From assembly GCF_963921235.1 (NCBI RefSeq), contig NC_086108.1, forward strand, positions 75,766,001 through 75,830,000: DNA of 64,000 bases, in the 5' to 3' direction. The stretch is from Mobula hypostoma (lineage: Eukaryota). The position numbers were made by a program, and so were the translations under genes. Positions 27,756 through 39,900 of the stretch are shown here, in pieces. The stretch's first letter is position 1; each line of letters begins with the position of its first letter. The notes below the pieces were generated by a model. That model did not search any database and was not told where the DNA came from. It worked only from the letters and a program-made list of their open reading frames with translations.

Positions 27756-28806
27756 TTGTAACATTATCTGAGCTTCCGCTCTCCAAGGACAGTGCCTGAT
27801 CCAAGTATTTGCACTGCACTAATGTGCCTTTGGTTTCAGCAACGGCTCCGACAAGCAACTCACAGCTTTTATTTATCCATTCTTTCTCTCAGATGTCCTC
27901 ATTACTTTACCAGCCAGATCTTCAGCATCCATGCCTTTGGTGTGCCACCCTAGACTGTCCCAAACAGAGTGCTTTCCTAAGACCGACGCATCTCTACAAC
28001 TAAAAGCCAACATGTTTTTTTTTCCTCAGTTACCCAATTCTTAAGTTTGTTCTCCCACAGATACTGCCATACTGCTACTTCCTATTTTTTTTATATTAGG
28101 CAAAACTGGTTGGTAAACAAGAGAGCAGCTTGACAGACATTATTCAGTCGAGACTAATTAAGCTGTGCATACCTAACAACAGATATTCATGATACTAAGG
28201 CAAGTATGAGGAACTAGTAGAAAACACTACACTGTGACACAGGTAGACAGGGTGATGAAAATGGTGCTAGGCACACTTGCCTTCAGCAAGGCACTGAGTA
28301 CAAGAGTTGGGACATATAGTTACAGCTGTAAAAGACATTGTTGACACTACACTTAAAGAGTACTGTCTGCAGTTCTGATCACCTAGCTACTATAGAGAAG
28401 TGTCATTAAGCTGGAGAGGGTGCAGATTCTACTCATTTGGAGGTTACAGTGATGCAGTATGGCACCAAAGACACAAATTTCTATAGGCGTGCAGTGGAGA
28501 ACATTCAGACTGGTTGCAGCACAACATTTCAAGAAGCTACAGAAGTTTACAGATACAGCCAGCTCCATCACCATCATCTGCAGATTTTCTCTTGCCTGTG
28601 ATTCCGTCAGCATCAAGGTCTTGAAGAGGTGGTGTTTCAAACCAGTGGCATTCATCATCATTTCACCATCTTGACATGTCCTCTTCTTTATATTACAATC
28701 GGAGAGGTAGTATGGGAGCCTGAAGATTCAATCAATGATTCAGGAACAGCTTCTCCTCTACCATCAGATTTCTGAATGGTCCGAGAAAATTACCTCATTA
28801 CTACTA

Positions 28807-30982
28807 GCAACACACATAAAAGTTGCTGGTGAGTGCAGCAGGCCAGGCAGCATCTCTAGGAAGAGGTGCAGTCGATGTTTCAGGCCGAGACCCTTCGTCA
28901 GGACTAACTGAAGGAAGAGTGAGTAAGGGATTTGAAAGTTGGAGGGGGAGGGGGAGATCCAAAATGATAGGAGGAGGGGGAGGGATGGAGCCAAGAGCTG
29001 GACAGGTGATAGGCAAAAGGGGATACGAGAGGATCATGGGACAGGAGGTCCGGGAAGAAAGACAAGTGGGGGGGGGAACCCAGAGGATGGGCAAGGGGTA
29101 TAGTCAGAGGGACAGAGGAAGAAAAAGGAGAGTGAGAGAAAGAATGTGTGTGTAAAAAATAAATAACGGATGGGGTACGAGGGGGAGGTGGGGCATTAGC
29201 GGAAGTTAGAGAAGTCAATGTTCATGCCATCAGGTTGGAGGTTACCCAGACGGAATACAAGGTGTTGTTCCTCCAATCTGAGTGTGGCTTCACCTTTACA
29301 GTAGAGGAGGCCGTGGATAGACATGTCAGAATGGGAATGGGATGTGGAATTAAAATGTGTGGCCACTGGGAGATCCTGCTTTCTCTAGCGGACAGAGCGT
29401 AGGTGTTCAGCAAAGCGGTCTCCCAGTCTGCGTCGGGTCTCGCCAATATATAAAAGGCCACATCGGGAGCACCGGACGCAGTATATCACCCCAGCCGATT
29501 CACAGGTGAAGTGTTGCCTCACCTGAAAGGACTGTTTGGGGCCCCGAATGGTGGTAAGGGAGGAAGTGTAAGGGAATGTGTAGCACTTGTTCCGGTTACA
29601 CAGATAAGTGCCAGGAGGGAGATCAGTGGGGAGGGATGGGGGGACGGACGAATGGACAAGGGAGTTGCGTAGGGAGCCATCCCTGCGGAATGCAGAGGGG
29701 GGGGAAGGGAAAGATGTGCTTAGTGGTGGGATCCCGTTGGAGGTGGCGGAAGTTACGAAGAATAATATGTTGGACCCGGAGGCTGGTGGGGTGGTAGGTG
29801 AGGACCAGGAGAACCCTATTCCTAGTGGGGTGGTGGGAGGATGGAGTGAGAGCAGATGTACGTGAAATGAGGGAGATGCGTTTAAGAGCAGAGTTGATAG
29901 TGGAGGAAGGGAAGCCCCTTTCTTTAAAAAAAGGAAGACATCTCCCTCGTCCTAGAATGAAAGGCCTCATCCTGAGAGCAGATGCGGTGGAGATGGAGGA
30001 ATTGCGAGAAGGGGATGGCGTTTTTGGCGGAGACAGAGGAATTCCTCCCTCCCCACTGATGTCCCCCCCATCCCTCCCCACTGATGTCCCTACTGGCAGT
30101 CCCCCCCCATCCCTCCCCACTGATCTCCCTCCTGGCAGTCCCCCCCATCCCTCCCCACTGATCTCCCTCCTGGCACTTATCCGTGCCAGCGGAACAAGTG
30201 CTACACATGCCCTTACACTTCCTCCCTTACCACCATTCAGGGCCCCAACCAGTCCTTCCAGGTGAGGCAACACTTCACCTGTGAGTCGGCTGGGGTGATA
30301 CACTGCGTCCGGTGCTCCCAATGTGGCCTTTTATATATTGGCGAGACCCGATGCAGACTGGGAGACTGCTTTGCTGAACACCTACGCTCTGTCCACCAGA
30401 GAAAGCAGGATCTCCCAGTGGCCACTCATTTTAATTCCACATCCCATTCCCATTCTGACATGTCTATCCACGGCCTTCTCTACTGTAAAGATGAAGCCAC
30501 ACTCAGGTTGGAGGAACAACACCTTATATTCCGTCTGGGTAGCCTCCAACCTGATGGCATGAACATTGACTTCTCTAACTTCCGCTAAGGCCCCACCTCC
30601 CCCTCGTACCCCATCTGTTATTTATTTTTATACACATATTCTTTCTCTCACTCTCCTTTTTCTCCCTCTGTCCCTCTGAATATACCCCTTGCCCATCCTC
30701 TGGGATCCCCCCCCTTGTCTTTTTTCCCGAACCTCCTGTCCCATGATCCTTTCGTATCCCTTTTGCCTATCACTTGTCCAGCTCTTGGCTCCATCCCTTC
30801 CCCTCCCCCTCCAACTTTCAAATCCCTTACTCACTCTTCCTTCAGTTAGTCCTGACGAAGGGTCTCGGCTTGAAACGTCGACTGCACCTTTTCCTAGAGA
30901 TGCTGCCTGGCCTGCTGCGTTCACCAGCAGCTTTTATGTGTGTTGCTTGAATTTCCAGCATCTGCAGTATTCCTGTTGTTTG
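28807..30982. mobile_element. Large fold-back (head-to-head) Penelope-like insertion
   Basis: Minus-strand PLE 28807-~30040 joined to plus-strand PLE ~30045-30982 (GIY-YIG GVIHCVRCSQCGLLYIGET). TSD CCTCATT(A/C)CTACTA at 28793-28806 / 30983-30996. Confidence 0.9.
30847..30883 (+). ncRNA. Minimal hammerhead ribozyme motif in PLE tail
   Basis: AGTC-CTGACGA-A-GGGTCTCGGCTT-GAAACGTC-GACT: both core boxes, helix I AGTC/GACT and a GUC site; helix II weakened by G-U pairs. Confidence 0.6.
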
Positions 30983-32261
30983 CCTCATTCCTACTACTTC
31001 TTTTTGCACTATTTCTGTAGTTTATAATAATTTTATATATTTGCACTGTATTGCTGCCACAAAACATTTCACCTTATTTGTCAACGATAATAACCCTGAT
31101 CCTGAGTAATCAAAGGATGTTGGAAGTCACACAAAAGTACATTAAACAAAGAACTTTATACAGAAAAAACTATCAATATAACAGTGCAAGACCAAATTGC
31201 AACACCTGGTTCTTTTAAGCATGTACTTCCACAACTTAATACAAACTGCACTTAATTTTCAATTAACTTGTTTAAATCCCAATTTCCAATGACTTAATAT
31301 TGTCTCTTAATTCTACCTTTAACTAGAAGAAATTATAAGCAAATTTAAGAAATTTATATTACAGTGGGTGCCTCTTCCCAAGAAGACTCTGAAAGCAATA
31401 TTTTTACAACTGTCCATTACACTGTCCTGATGGTCAATAATCCTTTTCTGAAACCGCATATGCTTCCTTTGCAGTTTTAGAACTTACTTGATAAAGAAAA
31501 GTCTACCTTCCTGGCCTGAAAATGAAGCACCATTGGCCGTTAACATTCATTATTCACTTACAACTCTTTGCAAAATGGAACAAAATTAACCACTTTAACC
31601 TACAGGAAGACTAATAAAAGATCCAAGCAAACATCTGCTGAACTGAGAAATTCTGGCCAAAATCAGACATAGATGACAGGAAATCCTCTTGATACAAGTA
31701 TCTTTCAGATAATATCAGCAGAGAACCCATTAATTTGATTAGATTTGGAAAAAAAATCTTTGCTTTCAAATTGCACACATTAAAAAATCCAAGTGTATTA
31801 CTGCATTATGACAAAAACTAAATGGACAAAAAAAAGCTGCGTTAGAAAGCAGCTTGCATGGACACAGTACCAAAAAGAGCTTCTTTTGCAATTTTAGAAC
31901 AGTACCTTTCAAAATATAGAACTTTCTCCAGGATGTTTCATGTAAAATAACCATTTTCAAATGCACTGCTAATTTAATACATCATAGAGATCATCATTTC
32001 CCAAAAGCAAAAACATTACTTTACAAAATATCTTATAAAACAGACTAACTGCATGGCAAATATTACAACCATCAAGATTAAAAGAAACAAGATTGAATAA
32101 AGAGTTAAGGAGAAACCAATGCTAAAAATAAGTCCCATTGGGGGGTTATGGGAGCAGATACGCATCTTTTAGAATCAAGTCATGAACAAACCTTTAACCA
32201 TCAAACATCATTGGACTATCTGAAGTTAGTTGAGCAAGAGCTGTTAATTGGAATCTATTAA

Positions 32262-32935
32262 GATTAGATCAGAATAGATTAGATTCAACTTTATTGTCGT
32301 TGTGCCGAGTACAGATACAAAGCCAATGAAATGCAATTAGCATCTAACCAGAAATGCAAAGAATACTGTTATTTACAAAATAACTGCAAATTAAAAGTAG
32401 GTGCTACAGCACACAAATATAAAAGTACTGAGACAGTACAATATGGGTGCAATGCTGCTTAGTGCTGTGATGTGAGGTTCAGCAGGGTCACAGCCTCAGG
32501 GAAGAAGCTCTTCCTGTGCCTGCTGGTGCGGGAGCAGAGGCTCCTGTAGCGCCTACCGGATGGGAGGAGAGTAAAAAGTCCACGGTTAGGGTGAGATGCA
32601 TCCTTGATAATGCTTTTCTCCCTGCCCAGGCAGCGTTTATGGTAGATATTCTCAATGTTGGGCAATTGGGTGCCGATAATCCGCTGGGCTGTTTTCACCA
32701 CACGCTGGAGTGCTTTGCGGTCCGATACGGGACAATTACCATACTACACCGAGATGCAGTTGGTGAGTATGCTCTCAATGGTACAGCGGTAAAAGTCCGT
32801 CAGTATCCTGGGACAGAGGTGAGCTTTCCTGATGCTCTGCAGGAAATAAAGGCGCTATTGCGCCTTTTTGATCAGGATGGAGGAGTTCAGGGACCAGGTG
32901 AGATCCTCGGAAATATGGACACCAAGGAATTTAGA
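32262..32935 (-). mobile_element. Rex-Babar LINE 3' fragment (relatively young)
   Basis: KFLGVHISEDLTWSLNSSILIKKAQ and VKTAQRIIG...HPNRGLFTLLPSGRRYRS...KSFFPEAV, with a short tandem tail. Confidence 0.85.
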
Positions 32936-33114
32936 GTCTGAATATCTAAACATTTGGCTGCATAAAAGAATTCCGGGGGGGGGGGGGTCCTCCAATCCGT
33001 GTCTTACCTTCACTTGGCTGGAGAGAAGGCTGTAGATATTGTGGTAATGGGAAGTGGAATTAAAATGGCTGGCCACAGAGATCTTGCCTTTTGTCCACCT
33101 TCCAGCTACAATGG

Positions 33115-33280
33115 GCCCTTTCCAGTTCACCTGCCACTCAAACCAGTGCACTGACAACTCCAAAGCCTCACTCCTACACTCAGTCCTGTCCCACCTAGGG
33201 AACAATTCCTCCAACATCAGGATGTTCTTCATCACCTTCAGCCTGACATTTAACACGATCATCCCTCAGAAGTTGGTCTG
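33115..33280 (+). mobile_element. Rex-Babar RT fragment
   Basis: FQFTCHSNQCTD...LHSVLSHL...IRMFFITFSLTFNTIIPQKL resembles the QFAY...RMLFIDFSSAFNTI motif. Confidence 0.7.
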
Positions 33281-35272
33281 TAACCGGATCAATCCGAATC
33301 AGAACTACCCACATGCAGACTATTGCACCTATCAAAATCCTGATAAGAGATGGCTGCAAGGGGATCTAATAAGACTCTTAAATTACATAAAACTTTGCGA
33401 AGAGTAATCATAAAAGATCACATACAAAAAAGGGCATTAGCCAAGAAACCTTGCATCAAGAGACAAAAAAATGAGATTCTGCAGATGAGCGAAATCCAAA
33501 GCCACACACACAAAATGCTGGAGGAACTCAGCAGGACAGGCAGCATCAATGGAAATGAATAAACATTTGATGTTTCGGACCGAGGCCCTTCTTTGGGAGT
33601 GGAAAGGGAGAAGATGCCAGAATAAAAAGGTGGGGGGGCGGGAGAAGAAGAAAGAGAGCTAGGTGATGCACAAAGCCAAGTGGATAGGAGGGCAAAAAGG
33701 CAAAGGTGACAACCTAATGAAATTTGAGAGAATGCTGTGCCCTCAGAATGCTAAAAAGCAAAATAAGAGAATTGAGAGCAGAATTTAACCACATGTTAGC
33801 TACTAAGAGAGAATCAGAAAGATAAACATAAATTGTAAGTTCTCAACTTGTAACAAGTAACCAAATCAGAGAGAAAAAAAATAAACTATCTCCTCGACCA
33901 ATAAGATAAAAAGGAGAGAAAAGAGCAGATGATAATGATGGTGTGCAGCATATCCCTTTATGGAAAGAAGAGAACATCAAAAGGAGAATTGTAAAAAAAT
34001 AAATAGGCAAAATAGAAGTGCCTATTTTACCCAGACAGCACTGAAAACTAGAAATTATCATAGGGATTAGTGGAAACCGAATTCTACAGAAGAATTTTAA
34101 GGAGAAGCTGGATAAACATGAGGGGGAATAACAGAAGATTGTTTTCAAGGGATTAAATGGGAAGAACAGGATCAAATGGCCCAAGCATGCTGAATATAAA
34201 ATCATGTCTCAACCCAAATGTCAACTGTTTATTCATTTCCATAGATGCTGCCTGACCCGCTGAGTTTCTCCAACATTTTGTGGGTTCCTCTGGATTTCCA
34301 TATCTGCAGAATCTCATGAGTATACAAAATGTGCCTTGCAATTCTACAGATTCAATAATTTTGCAGTACTATGAATATAGTAAGTGTTTCAGCTGATGAT
34401 TCACTATAACAACTTGATTTAATGGGTGTGGGTCCAATGATGGCTCAAAGGTTAATTCACTGCACAGTATGAAGAGATACTGAATAAGTAGTTCCAAGTT
34501 CAAGTTTTTCCTCAGATAGGGTGGCTTTAGGAATCTCTCAACAGCCAAGAATATTCCTATATCAGGTTATGTGAGAATCATGCAACACAAGTGGCAGCCT
34601 TTAGCTAATAGTACTGCTTAAAGAAACCTTTTCAATTATTTCTTTTCAAATGCATGTCCAATATCCTGTTGATAATCACAAGCAAATCTACTTCCAAGCA
34701 GTTAACATCACATTGGCCCCAACTGTGCAGTCTTCAGCCAACTGTTCCCTTGAAACTGTTGGTATTCAGCTATTCAAACTGAGGTCTAAAAGCAGAAGTT
34801 CAGGTCTCACTGACGCATTCAGGCAGGGAGATGAATCTTGTTCACCACCTTGTTGGACGCCAGCCATAGAGAACTGTAGCACACCAATAGGCCCAATTGG
34901 TCATCTGGGCTGTGCCAACCTGCTTTTCTGTCTAGTTCCATCTATCCACACCCAGACATAGTCCTCCATAACCCTCACTCATCCATATACCCATCTAAAC
35001 TTCTCTTAAATGTTGCAATTGAACCCACATCCACCACTTCTGCTGGCAGCTCATCTATATTTGCACAAGACTCAAAGAAGCTCCGCTTCAGATTCCTCAT
35101 AAATATTTCACATTTCACCCTAAAGCTACGACCTCAGTTGAAAAAGCTTACCCATATGTACTCCTCAATTTTACACACTTCTATATGATCTCATTCTCCG
35201 AGGGTGCATGGAGTAATGTCCTAACCTATTCAACCTTTCCCTACAACTCAGGCCCTCAATCCTGGAGACATT

Positions 35273-36245
35273 ATAGAAACATAGAAAATAGGTGCAGGAG
35301 TAGGCCATTCGGCCCTTTGAGCCTGCACCGCCATTTATTATGATCATGGCTGATCATCCAACTCAGAACCCCGCCCCAGCCTTCCCTCCATACCCCCTGA
35401 CCCCTGTAGCCACAAGAGCCATATCTAACTCCCTCTTAAACATAGCCAATGAACTGGCCTCAACAGTTTGCTGTGGCAGAGAATTCCACAGATTCACCAC
35501 TCTCTGTGTGAAGAAGTTTTTCCTAATCTCGGTCCTAAAAGGCTTCCCCTCTATCCTCAAACTGTGACCACTCGTTCTGGACTTCCCCAACATCGGGAAC
35601 AATCTTCCTGCATCTAGCCTGTCTAATCCCTTTAGGATCTTATACGTTTCAATCAGATCCCCCTGCAATCTTCTAAATTCCAACGAGTACAAGCCCAGTT
35701 CATCCAGTCTTTCTTCATATGAAAGTCCTGCCATCCCAGGAATCAATCTGGTGAACCTTCTTTGTACTCCCTCTATGGCAAAGATGTCTTTCCTCAGATT
35801 AGGGGACCAAAACTGCACACAATACTCCAGGTGTGGTCTCACCAAGGCCTTGTACAACTGCAGGAGTACCTCCCTGCTTCTGTACTCGAATCCTCTCGCT
35901 ATAAATGCCAGCATACCATTCGCCTTTTTCACCGCCTGCCGTACCTGCATGCCCACTTTCAATGACTGGTGTATAATGACACCCAGGTCTCGTTGCACCT
36001 CCCCTTTTCCTAATCGGCCACCATTCAGATAATAATCTGTTTTCCTATTTTTGCCACCAAAGTGGATAACTTCACATTTATCCACATTAAATTGCATCTG
36101 CCATGAGTTTGCCCACTCACCCAACCTATCCAAGTCACCCTGCATCCTCTTAGCATCCTCCTCACTGCTAACACTGCCACCCAGCTTCGTGTCATCCGCA
36201 AACTTGGAGATGCTGCATTTAATTCCCTCATCCAAGTCATTAATA
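35273..36245 (-). mobile_element. Young 5'-truncated CR1 LINE with uninterrupted 290-aa RT C-terminal ORF, nested in an older CR1 (about 34865-36420)
   Basis: ORF 35363-36235: KFADDTKLGG...RPHLEYCVQFWSP...NFFTQRVVNLWNSLP; tail TTTTCTATGTTTCTAT. Confidence 0.95.
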
Positions 36246-37267
36246 TGAAGGAATTATCATACATTTTCTCTGCACTCTTTCAAGCTTACCAATATCTTTC
36301 CCTATAGGTAGGTGATCAGAATACTACAAATTCAGCCTTGCCAATATCTTGTACAAGTTCATCCTTGCTCCTATACTCATATATGAAGTCCAAAGTAATT
36401 TATGAAGACCAAAGTGGTAAAAGCAGTCAGTGTTCAGAGCTGGCACAGGATCTAAAACTTAATTGATTTCAATGGAATATATGGAAGGCAAGTAAATTTT
36501 TAGTAAATAACATGCTTCCACATATTTCTAAGGGCTTTTGAGTTTATTTTTATCTTCCGTTCCACTGTTCAAGTTTTTAAATGCCTTTTGAAGTCCAAAA
36601 TGCTTAAATTGGTAAATTCATACAAAGCTTGCATTTAAAACAAAGCTCTGCCCCCAGCATTGTCATCTGTCAGAATTGCAAAACAGACTCAATGGGCCAA
36701 ATAGCCCAATTCTGCTCCTGTATGTCTTATATTTCAGGGACAGAGCCTCTGCAAAATACTTTTCATGGCTGGCTGCTGGCCATAGAGGGCAGAGGTACAA
36801 GTAACTTCAGCTGTAAATTGAGACCACAAACAACAGTGCCAGGTTGGGATTTGCTGATCATTCCAATAACACTTAACACTCCATTTTAAAATTTATTCAT
36901 AGGAGTAAGCAGGGCAGGGGTTTGTCAAAGAGAGAATGGCAGTATTACTGAAAACGCCAGCAGCCAAAGTTTCTGGAGTTGGTTATAGAAGTTCCAGTAA
37001 TAGTACCACTACTTACATTTTAATATAAATGTCATTGCTTGACACTTATGTTATGGCATTCATTGGCTTGTTTCAGATGCTACTGAAAGTGGGGACTGGT
37101 TGCTTCATTATCCGTTCAGTAGTGAATGGAAACTGACAGGGCAATTTATTGAATACCGTAGAATCATCAGCAAGCATCCTCATTTGTGTAAAAGACCAGT
37201 TCATTAATATGCAGCTGAAACTGCTAAGATCTATGACACTCTAATTACACTTGGGACTGGGATACCA

Positions 37268-37527
37268 GGGCAGCATGGCAACGTCGTGGTCAGTACAACT
37301 TTACAAAACAGGCGACCTGGGTTCAACTCCCACCGCAGTCTATAAGGAGTATGTACATTCTCCCCGTGACCACATGGATTTCCTCCAGGTGTTCCGGTTT
37401 GTCCCCAGTCCAAAGACGTAGTTACCAATAAAGAACATTGTAAATCGTCCTGTGATTAGGGGGTTGCTGGCCAGTGCGGCTTGAAGAGCCGGAAGGGCTT
37501 ATCCAATGCTGTATCTCAATAAATAAA
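37268..37527 (+). mobile_element. V-SINE (tRNA-derived head, V core, LINE-like tail)
   Basis: B-box-like GGTTCAACTCC, V-domain GGAGTATGTACATTCTCCCCGTG...TTTCCTCCAGGTGTTCCGGTTT...CAGTCCAAAGAC, ends AATAAATAAA. Confidence 0.8.
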
Positions 37528-39299
37528 CTACCGAACAACTACACTATGTGCTGCGATGTTGGCACAATTCTATTAGTGTCTTAATTCTCAGAGTTCTGCA
37601 GAAGAACACAGTGCTGGTCTAGCTCCTTGTTATCTATAAAGGAGAGAACGTGAAATTATTAAGTAAACAGTACAAGACCTCTTAAGCACATCTCTACTAC
37701 AAGGACTGACAGATAGCTACCCCAGAATTAATCCAGAAACAAATTGATGTGGCTCAAATATGAAGAACTTCATGTCGGCTGCAGACCACGACTAACAATG
37801 AAAAGAAGTGTCATTGCATACGAAAAATTATCACAAGAGGGCACCCTTTATAAAAGTGTTTCCAAATGCTATATGCAATTGTCAGAAACACTTATTCCTC
37901 TCAAACATAGAGGCAGTGGAAAAGTTCAACAGTCAAAAGACATAAAACAATGTCCAAAGTCTTAAAAATGTTACAGTCAAGGCCCAAAGTAATGATATAT
38001 TGTATGTTAATTGGTTACTCAAAGTTATTCCTTCAGGTAAATGACTGCAAAACAGTATAAAAAAGGAGAGCACATCACAAGTGTACAGGAAAATCAGAAG
38101 GAGAGGGATAGGCAGATGGGAATGTTTTTCTGTGATCTTGCATGGACCACTTAGATCGATTGACCTTCTCCCTGGTGTTAAAACCAAAAAAACTACCTGG
38201 AATAAGAAATAACAAATTTACTTATAATGATGGCCATTATGTGTGACTTCAAAATGTATAATTGGGGGCTACACACCACACCACTGTGCTTTACATAGTA
38301 GTTTCTGGGACACCCTTCTAAATTTTATAACCTGTGGAATAAGTTGTATGAATTTCAGAAAGGGTATCTTTTCAGTAAACTAACAGCACCAGCAGAACAC
38401 CCAAAACCACCAGTGAGCTCCAAAGAAACAACTAAGTTGAATCCTGCACACCACGTAATACTGAAGACAGTACTGGAATTGCATAGGACTTGTTGAGTCT
38501 TGAATGGACAACAATTTTAACTAATTTCTGACCTAAATTTGGGATAGGCACACTAATAAAAACCATTTCAAACTTCAAAAAAAGCCAACCTTAAAATCTA
38601 TCATGAAACAAATGGCCTAGGTTATATTGATATTTTAATTTCATTGCATTACCCCAGAGAACTATAATGTTACCTGCAATGTACCCCGAGTGGACACCTC
38701 AATAAAATACGGACAAATTAAATGTCGACAAATTTCCTGCTACCGTATTAGCACCACCGTTATTAAATCGGTTGAAATTTCTATTTCCTCTGATAAACCA
38801 CATCCAAGTGCCAAAAGAGCTTTAAAAAAATCTCACTCAAAAATGTAAGCATAATCTGTCACACTGGAAGAATTTTTTCTATGCAAATATTATTCGTAAG
38901 ACTTCACAGAAACGATCGAAAATATGTTAAGACAACACGTAGTGCTCATAAATCACACTAAAAACATCAAGTGTAGAAAGATATTATCTTAGTGTTTAAG
39001 CTAGACAAAATAAGATTCTGTTCAACGTTTCCCCTTGTGCGCCAAACTTAAGTGACAAGTTATAATCTTCACCGATCGTAGAAAATCTCCATCTATACAT
39101 TACCTTTAAATGGAAATTTGCATTAAGGAAGAAGGGGGTCCAAGAAAACAGCTATTTGATTAAACGAACTCGCTTAAATCGCAATTACTACATACCATAA
39201 TGGGACTTCGAAACTGTAATTTTTGTTCAGCAAGTTAGTTGATACATTTCCTGTTTTAAATGTTGCAAGGCGCAGTCATTGTAAACAAACATCGTAATC

Positions 39300-39900
39300 C
39301 TTGAGGTGGAGCTGGCTCTCAACTCACAATTCGGAGATCGAGAAAACTCCGGTCAACATCAACACCACCATTCCAACCCAGTCCTGCCTCCAGTCCTAAT
39401 ACAAATAGGAAACGTGTCACGCCCCTACTCCACCAGTGTTTAACTACGTTGGTCCACGTTAATCGACTAGAGTGCGCGGCCCGGTCCAACAATCGGCCAC
39501 ATTCCCAGGTTCCACACAGTGCATTACAGAAATGACTCCCCCTCAACCAATGCCAGTGACAAGCAGCCCGGACTGACTCACCACCTCCCGTTTAACTGAG
39601 CCGCCAAACTCGCACTTACTGAGTGCTCAGGCGTCCTGGCCGTTCCCCAGTTCCTTTTGTCGCCCAGCTGCCCAACTACGTCGCTCTAGTGGCGCAACGG
39701 AACGACGGTGGAGAGTGACAGCGGGTTTCCACCACTCAGCAGCCGAGTGGGCGGGATTACTCAGCACCGCGTGACGGGGAGCGGCAAACCCCACAGCTGC
39801 CTTGTGCTTCTGCGCATGCTTGTGGCTGCCGGCTCTAACTATGGAAACACCCGCCTAGCCACGGAGCGGCTTTCGTTTATCGATGGTAAACTTGACATTA
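39300..39900 (-). promoter_or_regulatory. CpG-island-like promoter and probable non-coding exon 1 of TESK2
   Basis: Strongest CpG-rich non-repeat segment in the window. Minus-strand donors GTG|GTGAGT (exon end 39582) and TCA|GTAAGT (39620), GC box TGGGCGGGA 39748-39756, NRF1-like TGCGCATGC 39811-39819. The TESK2 start exon has an acceptor, so an upstream exon is required. Confidence 0.6.

Larger units (their letters stand above)
28440..31105 (+). mobile_element. Rex-Babar LINE 3' fragment split by the palindromic PLE insertion
   Basis: KKLQKFTDTASSI...RNSFS region before 28800; the 3' UTR resumes at about 30997 and ends ATAATAACCCTGATCCTGA. Confidence 0.65.

Noticed and set aside
30043..30178. 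CRISPR-like array
   Set aside because: Units are contiguous without unique spacers, the context is eukaryotic, and there are no cas genes.
29623..30321. 232-aa Gly-rich ORF and the overlapping Pro-rich plus-strand ORF
   Set aside because: Read-through across the PLE fold-back junction and its tandem repeats.
37268..37345. tRNA gene
   Set aside because: Degenerate tRNA-derived SINE head with no cloverleaf, continuing into the V-domain.
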